64,000 nucleotides of DNA. Origin: Gemmatimonadota bacterium. GTDB lineage: Bacteria > Gemmatimonadota > Gemmatimonadetes > Palauibacterales > Palauibacteraceae. Each line of letters begins with the position of its first letter. The stretch's first letter is position 1. The stretch is from contig OY762926.1 in assembly GCA_963666735.1 (NCBI GenBank), positions 32,001 through 96,000 of the forward strand, in the 5' to 3' direction. This document shows positions 9,517-20,560 of this stretch, one piece after another. The translations under genes and the position numbers were made by a program. The notes under the pieces are model-generated. The model did no database searches and was not told where the DNA came from. It saw only the letters and a list, made by a program, of their open reading frames with translations.

Positions 9517-10502
9517 CGTCCGGCGGCGGGAAGTGCGCCTTCAGGAAGCGTTCGATCTGGTCGAGTCGTTTGTCGAGTTCCTCGCCTCCCAAGTGACCTC
9601 CTTCATTGTACCTTCCGAGCGCGGCGGTGGCCTCGTCTTCGTCAATGTGAGAGAACCACTCGGCGAAACACTTTGGCCCCACCCAGATGCTCAATCCTCC
9701 GCCGCTCGCGCCGGTTCCGGGGCTCGCGTACATCAGGAACCGACGGCGGTCTGACGGCGGCGCGATTCTCACCGAACTCCGCTGCGGTTGCACCGGCAGA
9801 CCGGCCCGCTCGGACATCTCGACGAAGCGATCGAACTGCTCGCTCACACCCAGGTCAACGGCCCACGCACGGATTGCGTCAACCGTCAACCGGTGACCTG
9901 GGCGGGGGAGTCTGGCGGGTTCGTCAACCACCTCCCGAATCAGCAACTGCGGGCCGCCGTCCAGTTCGAACACCTCGAAGCTGACGACCTCGATCGGGAG
10001 GCCGAAACGTCCCAGAAACTCGCTCGTGCGCTCCAATCCCGGGTGAATGCCAGCGCCGACGAGCAGCAGGGCGATCTCCCGATCGTCCCCGTCGTCGGCC
10101 AGAAGTTCCCGCACTCTTGGAGACAGCGTCTTCGGGTCCCCGACCCTGTTGAAGCCACCTTCGAGCTTCCGAAAGAGTTCATCGGCATCGAGACGGGCGA
10201 GTGACGCGGCGTAGTAGATGGCCTGTCCCAGCGCGCCCGAATCGATCATCCCCGGCTTCACTTCGATCACCACCCAGCGATCCTGCGAGTCGAATCGCCA
10301 ACAGATCGAGCCGTCCATCATCGATCGATACCTGGCAGCCGACCAGCATCAATCCCTCGCCGATCAGTGTCACATCGTTCACGATCCAGTCTTCGAGCTG
10401 CCGCTCGAGTTGGATGTGGGAACGCCCGACCTTCTGCGGTTCCCGCTTCGCTGAGCTGTCGTCGTTTCGCGTTTCCATCGTCCAGACTGCCAGTCTCGTC
10501 AC
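9509..10502 (-). pseudogene. NucS/EndoMS-like PD-(D/E)xK endonuclease, frameshifted near 10295
   Basis: LERQLEDWI...GRLDLLAI in one frame continues as DSQDRWVVIEVK...ALGQAIYY in another; GTGA overlap with upstream gene. Confidence 0.75.
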
Positions 10503-12804
10503 GTTTCGATACCCCGAAGCTGCTCCCCTCCGAGGCGTCGATAGCGATCCAACGCGGTTCGCCTCATGCCTGCGGGGAGGTGTTTGGTGACCATTCCGAA
10601 TGCGTTGTCGAGTCCCCACGCGTATCCGAGATCGATGGTCGCCTCTCCGGACGGTTCGATCTCCCTCCGAGCGGGAATCTTGACCCTGTTTGCCAGCTCC
10701 ACGACTTCATGGATCGTGGATTCGTCCGAGAGCACGATCGGTGCGCAGCACTCGATGGCTCGTCCCATCATGAGCGTCGCCAAGCGCGCCGAATCGGCGG
10801 GAAGCCGGTCCCACCGGTTCCAGATGATGGGGTAGGCGTTCATGCGCCTGGCGCGGTCGAGCAGTCGAAAGCAGGCGGCCGCATCCAGGATCCGCTCGTT
10901 CGGCACGACTCCCACGTAGACCGACCCGTGGTCGGTCTCGACGCGGAAGCCGGCATCGGTGCGGTCGCGGCCGGAACAATCGAGAACAGCGGGCTGGCCG
11001 TCGCGCAACGCAATACGGACGGGCTTCAAAGGCGTCGCGTTCCGCGGGCGTCCGGGCTTGTCGGCGGACGGGATCTTCGACCAGTCGAGCGGCTCTCCGA
11101 CGGCGGCCATGTCGAGGTCGAGCACGTAGATGCTGCCGGCTTCCGTGCACTCGGAGAGAGGCTGTGAGACTCCCCAGCCCGCCGGCCTGGCCGAGAGCTC
11201 GGTGCCGTCGGGAGCGAACGCGTAGGGGTGGGTTCTCTTCCTGGTCGCGTCGTAATGGAGCGTGCAGAGCGCGAAGAAACGGTTCTCCACCGCCCGCAAC
11301 CGGAGAATGGACGACCACTTGATGCCGGTCACGTTGTCGAAGCTCGGATTGACCCAGATGTGTGCGCCGTTCCGCGCGAGATAACGGGGAAGGAGCCCCA
11401 GGTAATGGTCGTGACAGATCGTCGCTCCCACCCTGACGCCGCCCAACCGGAACGTCGGAAGCTGGGCGGCGCCTCCCAGTCCGGCCGCTCGAACGCCACG
11501 GCGTCGGCCGTCGAGTGTTTCGCGTACACCCGGGAACGAGAGCCGTCGGGGTCGAACCGAAGGAGCACCTGCCAGTCGCGGCCGGTGGAGTCGTTGGTTG
11601 TGTCGATCGCGCCCACGAGCAGCGAGGCGTCCAGGTCTGCGGCGAGCTTCGAGAGCGATTCGCTGCGTTCACGGTCGGACGCCGAGACGTAGCCCTCGGG
11701 GAAGAGCACGAAGTCGATGGCTTCGTCGGCGAAGGAATCGGCGGTGGGCACGTCCGGTTGCTGGGCCCCGGGTCCGCTGGGCGGCACACCGTTCGAGGAC
11801 TTCTGCGCTACCGGGGGGAACGCCATCGCCACGCGCGCAGTGGAAGCCGATCGTCCGGTCGCCGGGGAGATTCCCACGCCAGTTCGACTGGTCCGAGAAC
11901 CTCCGTCGTGGATCAGATCCGAGAAGCGCGCCCGGTCCTCCCGGCTATCCGGATCGAGCGAGCACCAGACCTGGTCGCGGGCGTAGAGCCGCACCGTCGG
12001 CTGGAAGCCCTGCGTCGGCGGGACGAGGTCCCTCAGCGTGTCGTACCAGGCGCGTTGTTCGTCGCGGAACGCCGGGTCGTTGTCCTTCGCGTCGTGCCGT
12101 TCGCAGAACTCCATCCAGCGCCGTGCGGAGAACCCGAGCGTATACGTATCTGCGTAGGCGGAGAGGGCGAGCTTCCGCGGTCTCGTGAAGTGCTGGCTCT
12201 CGTCGAACTCGACGATGAATCCCGGGTCGGGAACCCAGTAGTCGCAGCCCGCGAGTACGTTGCTCCGGACGAACGTGTCGATGCCGTGTCCGCGATAGCT
12301 CTCCAACCGCTCCGCCACGTCTTGTAGGATGGGCTCGAGCGGGGTTCCCGCGTAGGCTTCGGGGCGCGTCTGCCATCCGAATTGAAGATTGAGCGCGCAC
12401 GCGCCGTAGATGCGTTCCAGGAGCTCGGCGACCCGGCCCTTGCATGCGCGACACCGCTCGGAGTGGCGCCCGGTGGAAATCGGAGGCGTCCTCTCAACCG
12501 GTGGAGGGGGTGCGGGTACGACGTGACTGTCCCGGACGCTGCCACGACAGCCGCACTCGGTGACAGCGAAGCCCCGGCGCCTAAGGAACCCATTGGACTC
12601 CTGCCCTCCGGAGAATCGATCCGAGGCCAGGAACTCGCCCGTGGCGATCTTATGAGCCAGCGCGATCGAGTACTTCGGCGGCAGATGCCTGCGCTCCGCG
12701 ACCAGGCAGTAGCCTCGGCTCCTCCTGCCCGGTGGTACGCCGCCACGGACGATGCGCCGGATGGCCTCTTCGATGTGCGCCCTGCCGATGCGCCTCGGGA
12801 TCAC
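10499..12804 (-). pseudogene. Fusion of ScoMcrA-like N-terminal domain, PD-(D/E)xK-like nuclease and carbon-nitrogen hydrolase; frameshift near 11468
   Basis: LPPKYSIALA...FSGGQESNGFL; CDYW...IVEFDESQHF...QRAWYDTLRD; nitrilase triad FPEG / YAKH / ICHD split across two frames. Confidence 0.7.
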
Positions 12805-13245
12805 GAGTCCTCAATCCAAGGGGGAGAGTGTTTCTCCCGTACGTCCTTTTCGTTCCCCGGCTCGTCGAGAAAAAGCATGTACATGGGCACACTCCAAGGG
12901 TCGCGCGACTCAGCGAAAGGTGTTAGGAATCAGCATGCGACCGGCGCGGTTGCCTTGAGCGACCCGACTGAACGGTTGCCTTCTGGGGCGGCGGCTCTCT
13001 CAGCGATGAGAGGCCGCCGCTCCTCTTGCATCCTACCGTGAGCGCTGCCACTCCCCGGTCCGTGCGAAGCCTCCGCCAAGAAGACCAAAGGGTTCACCGA
13101 CCCTCTCAAACTGCGTTCTGATTCGGCAATTACAAGTACCCCCCCGCAAATAGGGGGGACAGTGGCTACCCAGTCGCCGAGGCTCGTCGAGAAGTGCTGC
13201 GAGAACCACCACTCAACAACGGCTGGCGCTATCAAGGCTCCCAGG

Positions 13246-13355
13246 TGAGACTTACCCCGCTTTGGTAGACGTTGGAATGGTGTTCGAAGCTCCCCGCCGG
13301 CTGGTAGTCGAGGCTCGAGTGGCGTCTGCTGGGGTTGTACCAGCCCCGATGAATC
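13246..13355 (-). mobile_element. IS3-family remnant (right end), related to the element at 19567-20869
   Basis: TGagacttaccccgctttggtagac terminal IR; gaggctcgagtggcg...ggggttgtaccagcc matches 19708-19745. Confidence 0.65.
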
Positions 13356-13594
13356 GGTCTGCGGCGGTTGCGAACTCGCGGCCGTGGAGCCGTCGCGGGC
13401 GCGCGAGTTTCCTTGACTGACCCTTCCTCCGCGAACTGCCTCCCGATCCGTCAGCCAGAACAGGAAATGCAGCGGTGAGGGACGCGGGAGCCGGGGGGTG
13501 GGTTGACAGGCTCGTAACTTTCTCGGCAAGGCTGGACGGTCGTGTGGGCGGGCGGGACATGGTTGTTCCGGGTTCATTCCGAGGAGTCAAGGTC

Positions 13595-14152
13595 ATGTCG
13601 GAAGATGGGCGGAAGTGGAACTGGTGGAGCACGTTGGGTGTCCCGGTTCTTGCACGCGTGCTGGCGGGCATCATTCTCCTCGCGCTACCGTTTGTGTTCC
13701 CGGCCGTGCGGTCGTTTGTTTCGGGGGTCTTCGGAGCGATCCCGGCTACCCTGTACTGGATCTTGGGGTTGTGCGCTGCCGCCGCCGTGGGGATCGTGGC
13801 CGGTCCGCGTGTGGAACGTGCTCGGAGGCGCGGGAGGCGAGTCACGAGGGCGGATGCCGAAGCCTTGGTACAGAAATCGAATTACTGGTCCAAGGTTCAA
13901 CGACGGGCCGAGTTGTACCAGATACGTGGCGAGATCGATTACGAGATCTACGGAATCGAACGTGAGCCGGACGCTTGGCAGATGCAGGCTTGGGAGATCA
14001 AACCGCCGCGCCATACGCCGAACGTTGACTCGGCACTCCAATATTTCTGGGACGATAACCCCACGGCTTCGGATGGGGATTGGTACGATCTCGACACGCT
14101 CTTGGATTGGCTTGAGGACCAGGCACACGACGTGGAATTGCCGAACATATGA
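13595..14152 (+). CDS. Hypothetical membrane protein (2 TM helices plus acidic soluble domain)
   Basis: gaggag RBS; two hydrophobic segments; lower GC than flanks. Confidence 0.6.
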   Translation: MSEDGRKWNWWSTLGVPVLARVLAGIILLALPFVFPAVRSFVSGVFGAIPATLYWILGLCAAAAVGIVAGPRVERARRRGRRVTRADAEALVQKSNYWSKVQRRAELYQIRGEIDYEIYGIEREPDAWQMQAWEIKPPRHTPNVDSALQYFWDDNPTASDGDWYDLDTLLDWLEDQAHDVELPNI

Positions 14153-14374
14153 CAGGGGCGGCATCCCCAGCACGACCTTTCTTCGGAGGGGCCGTGACTT
14201 GCCGCGGGTTACTCTCGGTTGATCCGGTCCTCCGCGTTCCGCCCTCCGACCGTGGGATGTCCTCGCCCCATCTCCGCCACGTCCGCCGCCTCGCGCGTAG
14301 GGGTAACGGCACATCCGTCTTGTGGCGCAAGCATCGAAGACACGAAATTGGCTGAGGGAGAACGGAGTGGAGCC

Positions 14375-14719
14375 GTGAGAAACACGATGGAGATCGGCGG
14401 CTACCGGGCGATCATCCAGTTCGATCCCGACATCGAGATGTTCCGGGGCGAGTTCGTCGGCCTGAACGGCGGCGCGGACTTCTACGCCCGCGACGTTTCC
14501 GGTCTCCGGAGGGAGGGCGCGACATCGCTCAGGGTGTTTCTCGAGATGTGCGAGGAGGACGGCGCCGAGCCCGGACGCCCGTACTCGGGGAGGTTCAACC
14601 TGCGCATCCCGTCCGAACTGCACGCGAACGTCGCCGCCGCCGCGGCCGCCGAAGGGAAGAGCCTGAACCAGTGGATCACCGACACGCTCGGCGACCGCGT
14701 CGCACCTGGGCTGGTTTGA
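14375..14719 (+). CDS. hicB: HicB-family antitoxin (orphan, copy 2), preceded by a hicA 3' tail
   Basis: Highly similar to 6247-6591; upstream sequence reads RNWLRENGVEP*. Confidence 0.9.
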   Translation: MRNTMEIGGYRAIIQFDPDIEMFRGEFVGLNGGADFYARDVSGLRREGATSLRVFLEMCEEDGAEPGRPYSGRFNLRIPSELHANVAAAAAAEGKSLNQWITDTLGDRVAPGLV

Positions 14720-14771
14720 CGGCGAGCAGGCGCATCGAATTCGACATCAGTTCCAACGCGTCGTATATGCC

Positions 14772-14870
14772 GCGACCGCGCTGAGCATCTCACGGTGGAT
14801 GTTCTGCCAGGGTTGGTTCGGGTACACCGAGCGAGCTTGAATGCGAAACCCCTCGAGCCGCACGTCGGCC
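14772..14870 (-). repeat. Diverged copy of the mcrC 3' end
   Basis: gcgaccgcgctgagcatctcacggtggatg... matches 15803-15900 (DVRLEGFRIQARS...WQNIHREMLSAVA). Confidence 0.85.
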
Positions 14871-14899
14871 AGCGTCCAGCGCTCAACAGGCGCAGCACG

Positions 14900-15666
14900 C
14901 GATCTCTTCACACAGGTCGACAGGACCATGGAAGTACTGCTCTTCAAGTACCTGAGAGCAGGCATCGGCTACGATGGGATCCACAGGGTGGAAAGCTATC
15001 CGATGCCCGAGTCGGCGCTTCGGGAGGCGCTCCTGAATGCGGTGGTGCACCGGGACTACGCGATCCCCGCGCCGATCCAGATTCGAGTGCACGATGACTG
15101 CCTACGCATCTACAATCCGGGCTCTCTACCCGAGGGTTGGACACTCGAGAGGCTGCTTGGCCCGCACCCGTCTCGGCCCTACAACCCGGACATCGCGAAC
15201 GCTTTCTTCTGGGCCGGCGAAATCGAGTCGTGGGGACGCGGGATCGACCGCGTTCTTCGTGCTTGCGGAAGGGCCGGGACACCGAAACCGGAGATCCACT
15301 TGGAGCCTGGAGGCCTCTGGTTCGAGTTTGGGTTTTCGGCTGACTACCTGGAGAGCGTCGGCGTGGCGGGAAAGCGCGGCGAGGGTTCGGACGCGACCTC
15401 CGAGGGACCAGGTGTGGACCAAGTGGGCACCAAGTGGGCACCAAGTGGAGATTCTACGGAAGTCGTTGTCGGCGCGGCCCATCACGGAACTCATGGCGGT
15501 GATGGGGAGAAAGGACCGCACCAAGTTCAGGAACCAGATTCTGAGACCGATGATGGATGCTGGGTGGATTGAGATGACCATCCCTGATACGCCTACGAGC
15601 AGGAAGCAGCGGTATCGGATCACTGAGGCCGGGAGGGCGGCGCTGGCGACGCTGATTGAAGACTGA
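14900..15666 (+). pseudogene. 5'-truncated ATP-binding protein (HATPase_c_4/RecG-C-like plus wHTH tail), frameshifted in an 11-bp tandem repeat
   Basis: ALREALLNAVVHRDY...NPG.LP...NPDIANAF...IESWGRG; tail IEMTIPDTPTSRKQRYRIT lies in another frame; repeats at 15405-15448. Confidence 0.8.
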
Positions 15667-15795
15667 AGCAGCAGAGCGGGCACCGAACTATTCCGCCTGA
15701 ACATCCCCGGCATCTCGGACGGAAGCCGCCCCAGTTCGCGCGCGTAGCGCTCGTCGCAGTCGCCGCGCGCGCTGCTTGAGGGGTTGCGGTATGGT

Positions 15796-16851
15796 CTATC
15801 CTGCGACCGCGCTGAGCATCTCACGGTGGATGTCCTGCCAGCGTTGGTTCAGATCCACCGTGCGCGCTTGGATGCGAAACCCTTCGAGCCGTACGTCGAC
15901 CCGAAATGGGGTCTCCACCTGCGGGTACAGCAGGATCCCTTCGTGCCTCGGCCCGTCCGGTCGCGTGGCCTCGCGGTTTCTCAGGTAGGCGAGAAGCTGG
16001 TAAAGGTTCGGGGAATGCAGTTTTCCGGGGCCGCCCCCCCAACCCGACAACGCGCTGGCGTAGTACTTCGTGTCCAGGATGATCCACCGCTCAGCTGATT
16101 CGAGGATCACGTCGGCTTCCATGATCGGGATTCGTTGCCGATCCGCGTCGGTAGCCCAACCCCGTTCCGCCCAGCGGATGCGGCGTCCCGTCGGATTGAC
16201 ACGGTATTCGCGTTGCTCCCTCTCGTAGAATCCGGTTACGAACTGCTCGAACAGTCTCCACATCGTGGCTTCATCGCGCCGGAAGTCGCGGAAGCTGGAG
16301 CGGCCGGTCTTCTCGTCCACGATGGAACTCTCGTGCAGCAGCCTGCACACCGAGAGCAGGAAGTGGTAGAGGCGACGGCTACCACCGAGCTGGACTCGCC
16401 CGAACGTGCTCCGCTTCAGCCGCAGGTGTGATATCCCATCGAGCCTGCTGTAGGCCGACCGAACCTCGGCTCGGACTCCGCGGTGGAGCCCGGTCTCGCG
16501 GGCCAGCAGATGCCTCAGCGAGGTCCGAAGGATGCGGTTCGGCAGGATGTCCGCCGACAATTCCTCGAAATCGCAGGCCGCCCGGCCGCGGGCCCGCAGC
16601 GCGCGCTTCGCCGTGTCGCTGACCGCCAGCTTCCCGCGGATCCCCGCGAGGTCCTCGCGCCGTTCCACGTACCCACGATCGATGCCGCGCCGAAAGAGTC
16701 GGTTGACGCCGGTGGCCAGCACCTTGCCCAGCAGGTCGTGCACCGACGAGAGGCCGTCCAGCGTGGCCAGCCGCTTGGTGTCGCGCTCCTGCGCGTGTCC
16801 CCACGCGTAGCAGAGGAGGTAGTAGACGTTGAGGATCGGGATGGCTTTCAA
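15796..16851 (-). CDS. mcrC: McrC family restriction nuclease subunit
   Basis: IPILNVYYLLCYAW, LFEQFV, ADVIL...IILDTKYY, NLYQLLAY, GILLYP; TTGA overlap with mcrB. Confidence 0.92.
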   Translation of the reverse strand: MKAIPILNVYYLLCYAWGHAQERDTKRLATLDGLSSVHDLLGKVLATGVNRLFRRGIDRGYVERREDLAGIRGKLAVSDTAKRALRARGRAACDFEELSADILPNRILRTSLRHLLARETGLHRGVRAEVRSAYSRLDGISHLRLKRSTFGRVQLGGSRRLYHFLLSVCRLLHESSIVDEKTGRSSFRDFRRDEATMWRLFEQFVTGFYEREQREYRVNPTGRRIRWAERGWATDADRQRIPIMEADVILESAERWIILDTKYYASALSGWGGGPGKLHSPNLYQLLAYLRNREATRPDGPRHEGILLYPQVETPFRVDVRLEGFRIQARTVDLNQRWQDIHREMLSAVAG

Positions 16852-19025
16852 GTCGCCCCGTTGCCCTTGAGCCTTGCTACGGTCGCCTCGACATCGGTGG
16901 GTGAATCGAACCAGTACTCCCGGAGAAGCGGCTCGATCTGGGTGTCTACCACGTGCTCGTACCACATGTCGGAGGTCTCGTCGCCCTCCCCGGGAACGAA
17001 GTAGCTGTGACCGACCTCGAACCCGCGGCCGAGTTCGTTGTCCTTTCTGATCTTCTCGTTCAGTTCGCCCATCCGCTCGGAAATCCGGCGAATCAGGTCC
17101 GGCTCTGTGCCCTTCCTCTTGAGGTATCCGTCGAACTCGTCCGTCCCGTACGCCGGCTCGAGCGTCTCGAACGCGAACCGGCGCCGCAGCGCGTAGTCGA
17201 CCAGGGCCAGCGACCGGTCGGCCGTATTCATCATGCCCAGGATGTGTACGTTATCGGGCACGTGGAACCGATCGTCCGAATAGGTGAGCGCCAAGGCATA
17301 CTTGTCGCTGCGCTTGTCCGCCTCGATGAGCATGAGAAGCTCACCGAAGATCCGCGACAGATTGCCACGATTGATCTCATCGATGATGAACACGTGGGGT
17401 GTGCCCGGTTTCTCCCGGGCCCGTTCGCAGAAGCGATGGAACACACCGTCCTTGAGGTCGAATCCACCAGTCTTGGTAGGCCTGAACCCCTGGACGAAGT
17501 CTTCGTAGGCGTACGACTGATGGAACTGCACCATCTCGATGGGACCGTCATCCTCGTAGCCGATCACGCACCACGCGAGCCGTCGCGCGACGAACGTCTT
17601 CCCGGTGCCGGGCGGCCCTTGGAGGATGAGGTTCTTGCGAGTCTTGAGCGAGGTCACCAACCGCTCGAGATGCTCCCGGGAAATGAAGAGATCCTCATGA
17701 GCGTGATCGATCGTGAATTCTCGGCTCGCATATCCTTCGCGGTCCATGAGCGAAAACGCGAGGCGCACCCAAGGCATGTGGGGTGTGAAATCGGTAAGCC
17801 GCTTGGACGAGATACGACGCCTGTGTGCGGGAATCGAGACGGAGCGCTCGCAGGGCCGCCACGCGACCCTTCTGCTGTGAGAAAGATCCCACGAGGCCTT
17901 TGGGTCGTGCCGGTAGTCCCCCCGAACCTCGCCCCAGCCGAGCACCCGCTTCTTGCCCTCAACGGCGATGACGACATCGCCCACCTTCATTTCGTTTCCG
18001 AAGTTGGCGAGGAAGAACGCTCGCTGGGTGGGATTCTCTCCATGTCCGCGACTCGTCAAGTCATCCTGAATGCTCTTCTGGCCTCTCCGAAGATCACCGA
18101 CCTCGCCCCAGCCGATGGTGGCTATCCCGCGCTCCAGCCAGGTGGACCACATGTCCGGTCGACCGGCACCCACGTTCATGAGCCAAACATGCGCTGCGTC
18201 GCTGAAGCGATCCCTGAACCAGGCCTCTACGTCAGCCTTCTTCCAGAGTTCACTTACTGGAGGCAGGTAGAAGTGGAATCCTTCGCCGTACTCCGGTTCA
18301 AGGCGTCGGCGGATCGTAAGTATGGCCCTGTCGACGGAAACTCGATCACCAGTATCGACCGGGGAGCCTTCGTGCAGGTAAGTGATGATCTCACTCTTTC
18401 CCGTCCCGGTAACGATCGGCTCGAACTCGTCCGGGAAGAGCAGAAACAGCAATGCGTGACGGAACATGCGATTCTCGGAGAACTCGGTGCCGTCGATCCA
18501 TGACGCGAAGTCCCACGGTTGGCTCAGGCGCTCTCGTCTTACGCCGGGCTCCAGGGAGAACCACGCAAGCATGGACGTCACGAAGAAGCGGTATTCCTTC
18601 CATCTGAGCGCGTGGTAGGCCGCGCCGACGTTGACAGTGCCGGCTCTCAGCACCGTATCGTCCAGGAGGGCATGATCCTTGGGGAAGCTCTGCCCGGACC
18701 ACTCCCAGACCTCCGCCATGCCGCTTCGCTTCGTGCCCGGCGCCATCCCGCTTGAGCGCACGATCAAGAGATAGACCCACATCATCTCAACCCAAAGGCA
18801 CTTGGCAGCCGGCGAGCCCGGTCCCAGCTGGCGCTTGAGCTTCGTCAGAAAAGAATCCGACGATTCGTCGTCCAGATTCTCAACGTACAACGTCCGCAAC
18901 TCGTCGAAGTTGGACCGAGTCCACAAATCCCGCTCGGTGAACAGAGATCCTCCATCCAGCAGGCACCGCTGTTTCCACTCCTTTGCGGCATTCAGCAGGG
19001 TCTCGGCATCCCTGAATCGATTCAC
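16848..19025 (-). CDS. mcrB: McrB family AAA+ GTPase with extended N-terminal recognition domains
   Basis: QGPPGTGKT, QFHQSYAYEDFV, IIDEINRGN, MNTADRS, ALRRRF; start codon uncertain. Confidence 0.92.
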   Translation of the reverse strand: MNRFRDAETLLNAAKEWKQRCLLDGGSLFTERDLWTRSNFDELRTLYVENLDDESSDSFLTKLKRQLGPGSPAAKCLWVEMMWVYLLIVRSSGMAPGTKRSGMAEVWEWSGQSFPKDHALLDDTVLRAGTVNVGAAYHALRWKEYRFFVTSMLAWFSLEPGVRRERLSQPWDFASWIDGTEFSENRMFRHALLFLLFPDEFEPIVTGTGKSEIITYLHEGSPVDTGDRVSVDRAILTIRRRLEPEYGEGFHFYLPPVSELWKKADVEAWFRDRFSDAAHVWLMNVGAGRPDMWSTWLERGIATIGWGEVGDLRRGQKSIQDDLTSRGHGENPTQRAFFLANFGNEMKVGDVVIAVEGKKRVLGWGEVRGDYRHDPKASWDLSHSRRVAWRPCERSVSIPAHRRRISSKRLTDFTPHMPWVRLAFSLMDREGYASREFTIDHAHEDLFISREHLERLVTSLKTRKNLILQGPPGTGKTFVARRLAWCVIGYEDDGPIEMVQFHQSYAYEDFVQGFRPTKTGGFDLKDGVFHRFCERAREKPGTPHVFIIDEINRGNLSRIFGELLMLIEADKRSDKYALALTYSDDRFHVPDNVHILGMMNTADRSLALVDYALRRRFAFETLEPAYGTDEFDGYLKRKGTEPDLIRRISERMGELNEKIRKDNELGRGFEVGHSYFVPGEGDETSDMWYEHVVDTQIEPLLREYWFDSPTDVEATVARLKGNGAT

Positions 19026-19653
19026 GGTGAGTTCCGTTGCTTGTGTAACCTTGGGTTCTCGGGGACGGGCAACATGCGTGGTCCTCTGTGGCTCCTGCAA
19101 TCCGCAGGATCCGTTGGGTGGACGCGACGTCCAGGTCTGAGTGCTGAGCCCAGCGGTCGTCGCCGCGAAAGATCTCAAGATGGCTGGCCGTGGGCTCGTC
19201 GCGTTGCTGATCGATGCGGGCTACGGTAGCGTATCGGCTGGTTGTTCCGACCGGGTCCTCAGCACTCAATGCACATTAGGCGGGAGCCACTCAAGCCCAT
19301 GTCACAACAGTTCGCAGAGGCGATCGAAGATCTCGCGAAGGGTATCGGCGCCGGCAGCTTTCGAAGCGAGGCCGAGATCAGCCAGGGTGTGATAAAGCGT
19401 GTCCTGCATGAACTGGGATGGCCGGTCTTCAACGTCCAGGTCGTCGCTCCGGAATTCAAGATCGGTACGAGGAAGGTCGACTACGCCCTCTGCCATCCGG
19501 CGGGAAAGCCGTCCGTCCTCGTGGAGGTCAAGGATTTGGGGAAGGCCGATAACCGTGGGCAGAAGCAGCTCTTACCCCGTTTTAGTGGACAGGTGAAAGT
19601 GGTGGTTTCCTCCATTCTCGCCACCTCGCGGGAGAGGGCCGCGGCCCGGGGGG

Positions 19654-20560
19654 TCACGCCGCCTCTCCTTTCTCGCGCGCCTCGAAGCTGGCGGGCGACT
19701 CGTAGCCGAGGCTCGAGTGCCGCCGGCGCGGGTTGTACCAGCCCTCGATGAACCGGAACACCCCCCGGCGGGCCTCGCCGGGCGTCCGGAACGAGCGCCG
19801 CCAGATCAGTTCGCACTCCAGCGTGGCGAAGAACGACTCGCACATGGCGTTGTCGTAAGCGTCGCCCACCGAGCCCATCGAGGGCCTGACCCCGGCCCTC
19901 CGGCAGCGGCCGCCGAAGGCGTAGGACGTGTACTGGCTGCCTTGGTCGCTGTGGTGGATCACCCCGTCGGGGCGCCGCTGCGCCAGCGCCATGTCGAAGG
20001 CATCCAGCACCAGGGACGTCCTCAGGTGCGTCGCCATCGACCAGCCCACGATGCGGCGGCTCCAGGCGTCGAGCACGACGGCCAGATAGAGGAAGCCCGC
20101 CCAGGTCGGCACGTACGTGATGTCGGCCACCCAGAGTTCGTCGGGTCCGGAGGCCGAGAAGTCTCGGTCCACGAGATCCGGCGCGGGCCTGGACTTCGCG
20201 GCCCGCTTCGTCGTACTGCCCTTGCGGCGCCGGCTCACCCCTTCGATCTCCGCCGCCCGCATCAGCCGCGCCACCCGGCCCACACCCGCCTCGCGGCCCC
20301 GCGCCTTGAGTTCCGCATGGACCCGCGGCGCCCCGTACGTCCCCCCGCTCATGGCGTGGATCTCGACGATCTCCGCACTGAGCGCCTCGTTCTCCCGCGC
20401 CCGCCGAGACGGCTCCCGCGTCCGCCACGCATAGTACCCGCTCGGGGAGAGACCCAGCAGGCGGCACATCACGCGCACGGGATACATGGCCTGGTGATCG
20501 CTCACGAACCGGAACCCCCCCGGGGGATCGATCCGCTCTCCTTGGCGAACCAGGCCGTGG
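19654..20560 (-). CDS. IS3 transposase OrfB (DDE), likely fused to OrfA by -1 frameshift
   Basis: WVADITY, HHSDQGSQY, DNAMCESFF, WYNPRRRHSSLGY; AAAAG slippery run near 20562-20566. Confidence 0.92.

Noticed and set aside
13133..13165. C-run/G-run hairpin as a terminator or further IS end
   Set aside because: Resembles an IS3 IR but lacks the terminal TG and a partner end; insufficient support
12900..13560. Protein-coding gene or ncRNA in this gap
   Set aside because: No convincing ORF or structure beyond IS debris
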